Positions 53,782-64,000 of a stretch of DNA of 64,000 nt are shown here, one piece after another. The DNA is from Kudoa neothunni (taxonomy: Eukaryota > Animalia > Cnidaria). The DNA is taken from NCBI GenBank assembly GCA_964304625.1, contig OZ199839.1, positions 5,710,311 through 5,774,310 on the forward strand, given 5' to 3'. The position numbers were made by a program, and so were the translations under genes. Position 1 is the first letter of the stretch, and every line of letters begins with the position of its first letter. Below the pieces are notes generated by a model, which saw nothing but the letters and a program-made list of their open reading frames with translations, made no database searches and was not told where the DNA came from.

Positions 53782-54039
53782 TTATTTCCCCCCACAGAAG
53801 TTGAATTTTTTGATTGGCTCAGTGTAAACTTGACGACATGGAAAGAGAAATCCAAAAAGGGTCAACCATACATATCCAGTGACAAATGGACGGTCTATAA
53901 TGGTATACGTGCAGAATGATTCCCATACAAATAGTATCGAAAGATGCTGGGGAGCATCATTCTCGAATCTTGATGAATACTTTATTGAAGAATGGTACCG
54001 ATTTATCATGGGTGAGGAAATAAATCTTCTCAACAACAT
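53782..54039 (-). CDS. Small putative mitochondrial membrane protein (weakly COX7C-like)
   Basis: Arg/Ser-rich presequence-like MLLRRFISSPMINRYHSS, then a hydrophobic segment VTGYVWLTLFGFLFP and a basic tail; the resemblance to COX7C is by eye only. Confidence 0.4.
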   Translation of the reverse strand: MLLRRFISSPMINRYHSSIKYSSRFENDAPQHLSILFVWESFCTYTIIDRPFVTGYVWLTLFGFLFPCRQVYTEPIKKFNFCGGK

Positions 54040-55892
54040 TTTCTGAATTTAGTTAAGGCAAAATTTTAATAATTGAACAATTTTTATATAAAAATAATCA
54101 AATGCTTGTGTACACTTAGAAAATCGTCTATTTTATATTTTGATAACTGCTGTATCATATTGATTATTTTATGACAAATATAACAGTTTATAATTTTTGT
54201 TAGAAGATAATGGACACATTGAAACAACAACTTTCAAAATTAAATAATATTTTAATTTTTCATGATCGCAATTTCAAACAAATTCAGTCATATAACTTTA
54301 TGCGGTAAATATAAATTTCCGAAAAAAAATTGAAAACTAAAAATCATATTTTAGAATAATAAATCGCAATAAGATTTACATTTCATCGATTGGATATGAA
54401 CAAATTGATTTGCTCAGTTTCTGAAATGTAACACCATTATAATGAGCACTTAAACTATCATTTTGGTCAAATAATTATCTTAAGAATAATTTAAGTGATT
54501 TAATATAACTAATATGTTAAAATATTTGACAAATAATGAAATTGACAAGTTCCTTATTTATTTATTTAATTAATTAATTAAATAAATAATAAGAATCGAG
54601 CAAAGATTAGCGACAACAAAGATGCAAAAAGGGTTGTTTTTTAGGTGTCACAGGCCACAGTATTTATAATTACAATTTTTTCAATGGAATAGGTATATAT
54701 TTACAGATGATGACAATAATGGTTTATTAGATAACCCACAAGAATAATTTCTGAATAACATTTTTAAATTAATATTTGAACATGTTTAAATATTAATGAA
54801 ATATTATGAAACTACGATAAATTATATTATAACAATAATCTTACACAAAATACATTACAATTGTGCGTACAATAAATTTCATTAAAACGGCACTATTTCG
54901 AATTATTGAATGTGTATTCTATTGTCATAAATTACTAAAATTGTAATTAATCTGCTTTTAGGTGGATAGAAATCACGACAATATTTTAAAATTATTTTGG
55001 ATGAAATATTTAGACGTTGAGCTCCAATAAGGCGAAACATTTGCTCTCGCTCGTTTAAAAGTTAAATTAACATTAAGCACGAAAGCGTTGATATACTTTC
55101 GCGCCCCTTCAATTGCCGGAAAATGAATAATGAATCAGCGAAGAATATAATTATGTCTCAAATTTAAAGGACAAACTAAAATCAAGTTCACTAGAATATT
55201 AGTAAAATCTCCATCTCATTATCATCAGATCCACTAGAAGTTGGCTTTCGATAGCTAGAATGAGTGGAATAAATTATTTAGTTAGCATTGCTATCACAAT
55301 AAATGGTGGAAATTTCATAAAATTCATACTTAAGGTTTTGTCCGCATATTTAGGTAAATTTATGTGTCATTGTGAATGATCATGATCTCGATTATATGTT
55401 TTCCCTATTTGTTCAATATGTCGCCGACTTAGTTCAACCAAACTCAACTATTCATTTCTAAAAATATCTTGTTATTGTTGAAAGCAATAAAACCCTGGGA
55501 TAAATTGACCCCAAAAGCACCAACTGTATATTTTGTTTGTATATCGTGGTTTATTGTACTTTTTCAAATTTTTTCTCCACAACTTTAAATATTATATTTA
55601 TTATGAAAATATTTCAATAGATATCACGTTTCTTAAATGCTTCTATGCATAGAAAACTCATAATACGGTAAAAGCTCGGAGGTCGATTTTGCCCAGAAAC
55701 GCTCGCTCAGATTCAGATGGCTGGCATTCGCGTGTGAAAGTGGGAAGTAAAATAATTTTAATGGATTTTCAACGGAAACTGATTGAAACGCTTTTCTTTT
55801 GTTTGTAATAAAAAAATTCTCACTGCAATTCAAAAAAAGGTTTCGAAGTAACTCGAATAAATTTAGAAGAAAGTGAACTATAATAGCGGAAT

Positions 55893-57771
55893 TTAAGATT
55901 TAATGAAATTTGCCACATAGGTTTGAATAAGTTGTTTGAGGGAAGCTTCGGTGTCTTTCGAAATATGGCCTTCATTTTTAATTTTCTAAAAACCATTAAA
56001 AATAAACGGATAACCCAACCAACTAGGAATACAGTAATAATATCTTTTCCAGCCGATCTCAAATGTTTCACAAATCCCTTCTCAAAGTTGGTGATTTCGG
56101 AAGGATCAACCGAATCGAGAAGACCCTTTACTCCACCATACAATATGCACACTTGTTCAGCATCATCGATAGGCACATATTGTCCTTGTTTGAGTAGTTC
56201 GGTCAAACGTTGACCTCGTTTAAGAAGTGACTGAGTTGCGGCATCCAAATCGGATCCGAACTGAGCGAAGGCGGCAAATTCTCTGTACTGAGCCAGTTCC
56301 AACTTCATACTACCAGCGACTTGTTTCATGGCTTTAGTTTGAGCGGCGGAACCCACACGACTCACCGACAACCCGACATTGATAGCAGGTCGAATACCTT
56401 TGTAAAAGAGTTCTGTTTCAAGGAAAATTTGGCCGTCAGTAATCGAAATCACATTGGTGGGGATGTAGGCGGATACATCACCAGCCTGAGTTTCGATGAT
56501 TGGCAGTGCAGTTAACGAACCACCTTTGAAGGTTTCACTCAGTTTGGCTGCCCTCTCCAACAATCTTGAGTGCAAATAGAAAACATCGCCAGGATAGGCT
56601 TCTCTTCCGGGTGGTCTTCTTAACAACAGTGACATTTGACGATAGGCAACTGCCTGTTTGGAAAGATCATCGTAGATAATCAGTGCATGTTTGCCGTTGT
56701 CTCTGAAAAATTCACCCATAGCACATCCTGAATAAGGCGCCAGATATTGAAGTGGTGCAGCATCAGACGCGGTGGCACTTACCACAATTGTGTAATCCAT
56801 AGCGCCAGAATCAGTCAAACGCTTCACTAATTGAGCTACTGTGCTTCTTTTTTGGCCAATCGCCACATAAATACAGTAGAGTTTTTTGCTGTCATCCACC
56901 GAATCATTGAAACGTTTTTGGTTGATAATTGTATCCACAGCGAGGGCAGTTTTACCGGTTTGACGATCTCCAATGATCAATTCACGCTGGCCTCTGCCAA
57001 TCGGCACCAAACTGTCCACAGCTTTGATTCCTGTCAACATGGGATCTCTCACAGATGCTCGAGGTATAATACCGGGAGCTTTTACATGAACTCGGGCTCT
57101 TTTCTGTGACACCACTGGACCAGCACCATCAATCGGATTGCCCAATGCATCCACCACACGACCCAACAATCCATCACCAACAGGCACATCAACAATAGCA
57201 CCTGTTCTTTTGACAAGATCGCCTTCTTTGATCAATTTGTCGTTACCGAAAACCACTACTCCCACATTGTCTGGTTCCAAGTTGAGTGCCATACCCTATT
57301 AACAAAATTAAAGTCAAACACAAAGCAACAACCAATCACAATCAATGTTTTTCTAAGAGATGAGTCTCACTTTTAGTCCCGAAGCAAATTCAACCATTTC
57401 TTCCGCTTGCACATTTCTCAGCCCATACACACGAGCAATACCATCACCAACCGATAAAACTGTTCCACTTTCTTCGAAATCGGTTCCCATCGAATACCCG
57501 GAAATTTTGGCGTCCAATATAGTAGATATTTCCGAGTGCACTAATGGTTACAGTTAAATATTCAGCTCGACGTTTCGATATATCCAACAGTTACCATCAA
57601 CTTTACGGGTTTTAGTCAAATTCCTCAATCCAAGCAACCCCAACGCTGAAATGCCGCTAACTTTTTTCAAATTCTAATAGATTGAGTTCCATACACAATA
57701 ACCACATCACTTATTACTGTGGTTGTATGAGAGAGTTGGGAAGACTTGGCTCGAGATAACGTCCTCAGCAT
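55893..57771 (-). CDS. ATP5F1A: Mitochondrial ATP synthase F1 subunit alpha
   Basis: Transit peptide MLRTLSRAK; [10 protein letters not shown]; P-loop GDRQTGKT; [22 protein letters not shown]; spliced C-terminus [30 protein letters not shown]. Confidence 0.97.
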
Positions 57772-58758
57772 GTTTTAAATGTTCGGTAATCCGAATTTGA
57801 AAACTCGATGTAAATCGGAGAGAGTTTGGTGCGGTATTGCTGCCGATATTACTTGTTATTTATTTGGTATCGACAATGGAGCCTATTTATTAATGAATTA
57901 AATTTAATAAGAATTTTAACTGTCAATAATATGTATATTTTGTCTCTTTTTCACTTCATATGCTTCATATGCTCTATTTGACTTAGTTAATTAATAGCTA
58001 ATAGAAAAATATCTGTCTTAGGGTAGTATCCGTATGATTTGAGTTGTTGGGTTTGATTCAGCTTTCCGGTAATAATCTATATTTTCTTATCTGCGCCTGC
58101 GAAATTAAACGATTACTTTTCATTTAGCAGATCATTTTATTAATGGTATATCTTGTTATCCCTCTACTACAATTTTGTCTCGTGTTTCACCACAAATTTT
58201 TACCGAGTAATTATTGTATAAGTTTTAATTTTTATCTTGTAAAAAACATAGGGTAAAATTTCCCCCATGTTTTTTTCAATTAAAAATATTTTAAAAAATA
58301 TATACTACTCCGAACCTAAATATAACATAATTCTTATGGGTAGTTTTTGTAGAAAGTAGGGAAATGTTAGATAATTAATTAAAACGCATGCGCGAATTAT
58401 GAAGATGTGTGATTCTAATAATTTCATTGATGAATTTTGTTTATCAGCGAATGAAAATCGTGTTGTTGACGAAAATATCTTTTTACTGATGTTTCTTGCT
58501 TAAAAATTGTTGTAAAAAATTGACCATAGAGACTACATTAAAAACTAGAGATACCACCATGTCTCCCTCCAATCATCTCCACATAGAGCCCGTTGTGGCA
58601 GCATTTTTGAATTCCGTGAAAAGTATGTTTTGGTATGTTATGTTCCCAATAAATCAAAATGCGTGATATTCTTAAAGAAATTGTTGAACAATTCCATAAA
58701 TAAAGCGAAAAAATGTCGAATCGTTGTTTATGGTTTATGCACCCTAACAGGAACCTCT

Positions 58759-58846
58759 TCTTAATGTCTTAATGTCTTAATATCTTAATGTCTTAATATC
58801 TTAGTGTCTTAATGTCTTAATATCTTAATATCTTAATGTCTTAATG
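58759..58846. repeat. 11 x 8-bp tandem repeat, consensus TCTTAAT(G/A)
   Basis: Directly visible. Confidence 0.95.
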
Positions 58847-59153
58847 TAAAGCGAGCAACATGTGGACACAATGAGAAGAAAAATGAAAAAAAATTGTCCA
58901 ATTCACGCATTTAAAAACTGTTGAACCTTATTGTACAATATTGATTATTAGATTTTTTGAAATATTTTTAATCAAAAAAAACATGGGGGAATTTTTACCC
59001 TATGTTTTTTACAAGATAAAAATTAAAACTTATACAATAATTACTCGGTAAAAATTTGTGGTGAAACACGAGACAAAATTGTAGTAGAGGAATAACAAGA
59101 TATACCATTAATAAAATCGTTTTGGGGTAAAATTTACTCCAAAACCATTAGAG

Positions 59154-59712
59154 CAGTGTTTCCCACCGATGGGGGTGTTTGTGTGGAAAATCCTGTGCAT
59201 TAATGTGACGTGAATAATGGTGAGATAATTGGGCAGTATGGCGCACATTTAAATCAAAACTTCGATTTTTGATCTTATTTATTTTCAGCGAAGGTTAATA
59301 TCCTAAAACCACATAAAAGCATCGATCAATTTGTATACAAAACATAAAAACGTTTAACAAGGTTTATGTTCAATAGAATCCGAATGGTCATAATTCCAAT
59401 GTTGTCACATTTATAATTGTGATCCCCTCTTTTTTTGACCTACCCAAAAACAATATTGATTAATTTTCAATATTAATTATTTAATTTCGACTTATAAGCC
59501 CCAAGTTTTACTTAACGCGGTTTTTGAGTTAATTTTTAAAGTCCATCTATGAATTAAATTAACATCTGATCGGATATATTTTAAATCTAATGGAAACAAA
59601 TATATATTGGTTATTTTCTAATTTTAATATGGCATTAGGTTGGATTCAAAATTATAAGCAGTTTAAGTCGAAAAATCAATACATTTGAAAAAGGTGGGGA
59701 AACACTGCACTG
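59154..59712. mobile_element. hAT-type MITE nested in the piggyBac terminus
   Basis: TIRs cagtgtttcccacc / ggtggggaaacactg, flanked by an 8-bp duplication CATTAGAG (59146-59153 and 59713-59720). Confidence 0.85.
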
Positions 59713-60197
59713 CATTAGAGGGTTAAACTGGAGTTGTTCTCGACCGTTCATCCTTGAGTTTTTTGTAAAACCCCGATAACATAACTAGATGCGCAGTTGA
59801 ATCTACTTTTAGGAATTGATAAATTAATTTGGTGATTAAAAAGCGGTATATTTTTATCCACATTTTCACTTACCTAGTGTAAACTTCTCACTTACTTAGC
59901 AATAAGAGCAGTCATCAGTGCAAACACTCAAAAGGTGAGTGGGTTGTCACAATTTCTGTAACTTTCACACCCAATAATACAATAATACCATCAAAGTTAG
60001 AAGTTAGGACCAATATTCTGATATATTTATTAATTTTAGATTCTCACTCGTCCTACACCCCAATCAGAAACTGTACGAATGTGAAGAATCGCGCGAATAT
60101 TCATCAGCAAATAAAAATAATCAAGCTTATTGTACACGCTCAAAAAACAATAGTGTCACATCTAATGCATAATATAGCTATATTGAAAGGTAATCGG

Positions 60198-61003
60198 TTA
60201 AATGATTCCAATCTTATTGGCAGCTTCAACAGCGTCACAATCAGGAGACAATCTCACAAAAGCAACTCGTTCACCATCATGACTACACCACAAACAATAA
60301 ATAAACAACCAAATTATGCAAATACTTGTTAAGTATGTTCACTTTTGACACATCCACATGATGTAACGATTTCACGGCACTCTTTACAACGTGTTTGTTG
60401 GCACGTGCAGCAACAATAAAAGTAAGAGTGTTGTGATCTTCGATTTTTTTCATTGCACATTCAGAAGTAACCGGATGTTGAATGATATTGTAGTGGTCAT
60501 TCTTACCGGTTTTGACTAGTGAATGATTGGGATATTTAGGAGTTCGGCACATTCTAAGGGTGTGAGGACGTCTAAAAGTGACGGTGCGGTAGACCTTTCT
60601 CTTTTGGACCTTCTTTTTCCCTTTGAGAGCAGCATTCTTGGCCTATATTATGAGCAGGTTAATCATCGCAAAATTAACCACACAAGTTGTGTATGTGCAC
60701 ATAGACAAATCCATCTACGCTTTGCTTCGATGAGAACAACAATTAGGAAATTTACTCGGATAGCTTTGGTTTTCTCCTACGTAACAAATAGGTTAAAATG
60801 TAACAGCGCACCAAACAATACCCGAATTGCTGCCATTCTTGTTGACTTCTTTGGCTTGGCCACATCCACTTTTTTTTCTACCACATTTTTAGTGGTTTTT
60901 TTCAGATCCAACGGCTTTTTGCCTTTTGCTGTAACTAAAATGACTGATTGTTAGATCCATGAGCCATCATCCAACGAATACCGTCTCCTTTCTTGATAGC
61001 CAT
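60198..61003 (-). CDS. RPL23A: 60S ribosomal protein L23a (uL23)
   Basis: 5 exons incl. a 21-nt microexon; [65 protein letters not shown]. Confidence 0.96.
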
Positions 61004-62564
61004 TACGATCGAAAGCGTGTCCCGAATAGTTACGACGACTATGACGATGACTAGTGAACATTTGTTTTTGCCTGTTATTTAATGTAAACTAATACGAATG
61101 ATAATTTAACATAGAAATCGAAACAGTATGTGATTTGTCACTTTCGTTGGATATAACACTTTAAAACTGTATACCTCGCATTAGTTTTTTCTCACGTTAA
61201 TTTTAGAAACACATTCTTAATTTCAGCATAATTTTAATATAAAATGATGTTAAGGTGTGTTTTTTCAAAAAATTTAGGATGGGGAATTGTTTATGAAGTT
61301 ACCGAATGCGCATGCGATGGAGGAAATCTATTCGTTCGAATTATTAGCTGTTAGCGTGGACAAGTTTATTATTTTATACAAATTAACTTACATCACTATA
61401 AGCGAGTACAGTTTTAAGATATAAATATAAAAGAAGGTATAGATAAAGCTCCAGTTTCAATGCGGAATTGTTAAACGATGATTCTGATAGCTAATTGTCG
61501 ATTTATTCAACTTTTTATATTCCATAGGTTGCTGGGTTGTTATAATTGTTAAGTAATCAAACTTGTATCTGATATTAGATAATCACTCTAGGACTAGGTG
61601 AGTAACCACCAATTACCAGACCAAAGATGACTATTTTATCAGCAAAGTGAGCTTGCTTGTAGCAGAAAAAATCATTTATCTTACGAAAAATTTTTTCATA
61701 ATAACTTGTAATCAATTTTTTAAGGCTCTAATCTATTTAATTGATTAAATTAACAACATTGTTTGAAGTAACTATTTTCGAGTATTTAAAAATTACTCGA
61801 AAATAAATTATAATATGAAATATGTGGTTATTTTTTTTATGATTAGAATGTGCGAATACAACAAGTCTCATTAATATTTAAATAGACAACCTCAAATTAG
61901 AGACCATCTTTGGAATCAAATACTCCAGTATCAACCACATTATCGATGGTAAATTATAAATTAAAAACAACTACGTTTTTAATAGTCGAGTTTGATTGTA
62001 TGACTGTGGGATTGAAGTGAATAACATTTCCAGGATAATTTAAAGTGTGAGTTGTTTTTTTGTGTTGTGTAAATTTCTTAATTGTCATCTGTGCATTCGA
62101 TCGAAAGGTCGGACCGACTTATTTTCGTATTATTTCCATGATATCTTTAGGTTCATAAATCTATTGTGGAATGAAATTATTTTTAAGTTGCTTTAAATTA
62201 GCCAATTACACCTTGACTCCCGCGTTGCAAATTCAAATATAGTGCGAAGTAATTGTAGTAATTGTAATGCCTGAAAAGCTTATTTATTGGAGGTGGAAAC
62301 TCGTCTTACCAACCTTCTAATGTACCGAAAATCAACTGCATTCCGATAGTAGAAATTTGGGGGTAGAAAAATACCCCAAATTTCTATTTTGTCTTTTGTT
62401 ACGAAAAAAATTCAGAAGATAAAATATTGAAGATTTTGGTGGATATCAAAAAGAATAAAGAGTTACGGCATAAATAAATTCGTTATTAATCTGCATAACT
62501 GCTTAGCCTATTTTTTTCCGAGATAAATAAACCGAATTTAATGTGAACAAGATTTACAAACATT

Positions 62565-62633
62565 TATTATTTATTTATTTACTTACTTACTTATTTATTT
62601 ATTTATTTACTTACTTATTTATTTATTTATTAT
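62565..62633. repeat. (TTTA/TTAC)n simple repeat
   Basis: Directly visible. Confidence 0.9.
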
Positions 62634-63541
62634 TAGGTGGTTCTTACACCAATATTTATCGCATACTTGCGTATATAACATTAGTTTTTATACAATTTTG
62701 TTGGACAAGATATACTAGGAATAGGAATTGAAGGCGTTATATCGCAGAATCTAGACTTTAGAAAATCCTAAAACACATCATTTAAACCCAAAATAATTTT
62801 GTCTTTAATTTTTGCAAAAAAAATGTGGCGCGTTTTACTACCCAAAGTTCATTGTAAGGTGGAAAATGTTATTTTATATTGATTTGTAAACAACATTATT
62901 TTGAAGTAATATAGGTAATCTTATAAAGTTCGAAATTACAAATAATGAATTATTCAATGAATACATTCTAGACTCTAATGATTAGAGGGTCAATTTCATA
63001 GGTATCTCCCTTTTTAGATAAAACTTAATTTTTCAAGAATGCACTCTCTAGGTAGTGTATAATTAGGACATATTATTTACTATTACTGAGGAAACGGGTT
63101 TAAATGTTGTGTCAGATCTTGAATAAATTCATAAAATTGTTAATGAATAAATAAGTTTGAATAATTAATTGAAACGTATTATTTTTATAATATAATCCAT
63201 GAATTAACACAATAATTTTACCGAATATAGGCGAATTATTCATTAAGAGTTGAAAATAGGATTAAGAAACACAAGAATTGTCGTTTTCTCTAGCTTTCGT
63301 ATATGGATTATTTTTATACTTTACCAATAAATTTAAATAATTAATTTGATAAGTTGTTAATTTCAGTCCAATTTAGTCGGAATCTAGTTGTTTGAATAAT
63401 TTAAATGATTATTTAAGGGTAAAAAAATAATTTTTTAATTATTGATCTCAATTCTTTGAGGATTATGCTTTACAGATGGACGATTAAAAAAATTGAGTTA
63501 TTAATATTGTAATTTATGTAAATTAATTATATTCAAAAAAT

Positions 63542-64000
63542 CAACTATGGGACGGCCAAGTTTTGCCGGAATCGCGCATGCGCGTTTCTCGCATATAATC
63601 GTCCGTGCGCGTATAAAATCATGAATAAAGAAACTAGTGTTGATTTTATTATTACCAAGACGAAAAAAGATATTTTTTATAATGGGTTTTTATACTAAAG
63701 ATTATAAAACAAAAGTTTGTCAGTATTGGAGGTGTCAAAAACGAGGATGTAAAGGTAGGCTAAGAACATTTCCGACAGAACAGATAGAGAGGTTGGATAC
63801 GCTAGGTTTTCATAGACACTTAGTATCCGAGGAAGAAAAAAACAAACAATTTTTCAAGGATAAAATCAACCATATCGCAGAAAATACTGTATACCCAACT
63901 AATAAAGTGTATGATATTGCAACTAATCAAGAAGATGTCCAAATATTCCAAAAAAGTCCGTTTATCAGGTGATTCGAGATATACGAAAACGAAAGAGTAT
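63542..64000 (+). mobile_element. MULE/Mutator-like element 5' end with FLYWCH zinc-finger remnant
   Basis: YWRCQKRGCKGRLRT...FHRH FLYWCH-type motif; GC-rich terminus at ~63545; stop at 63972; runs off the window. Confidence 0.7.

Larger units (their letters stand above)
58134..59726 (+). mobile_element. Internally deleted piggyBac derivative with ~160-bp inverted repeats
   Basis: 58134-58290 is the near-perfect reverse complement of ~58960-59117; internal peptide FEFREKYVLVCYVPNKSKCVIFL is a piggyBac motif; right end cattagagggTTAA (59726) matches the 10930 terminus. Confidence 0.8.

Noticed and set aside
55010-55050. Hammerhead-ribozyme-like ...tgagc...ggcgaaac
   Set aside because: Lacks the CUGAnGA core and convincing stems.
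60523-60954. 143-aa plus-strand ORF and other antisense ORFs in the track
   Set aside because: Shadows of real genes on the opposite strand.

Overview
AT-rich, intron-containing animal genomic DNA with very short (mostly ~35-60 nt) GT-AG introns and highly divergent proteins. This pattern, plus a metazoan ARNT, is consistent with a reduced parasite such as a myxozoan cnidarian; the taxon is my inference and is not proven. Manual splicing gives these conserved genes: PAK1IP1/MAK11-like, a USP deubiquitinase, RRP9, MFSD6, ORC3, DDX52/ROK1, ARNT, IMPAD1/BPNT2, RWDD1, ATP5F1A and RPL23A. DNA-transposon debris (piggyBac, Tc1, hAT, MULE, Helitron, MITEs) lies between them. Three things stand out. 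(1) A cluster of five divergent secreted ML/NPC2-fold lipid-binding genes with an identical 3-exon structure, including a 4-Cys subfamily with large insertions. (2) A thioredoxin-like/PUB/PNGase (NGLY1) gene in which both the Trx CxxC and the PNGase catalytic Cys (GRCGEW to GRSGEW) are lost, next to a tandem, apparently truncated paralog. (3) ORC3 and DDX52 start codons lying head-to-head only 29 nt apart. All exon models were built by eye and need RNA-seq confirmation.
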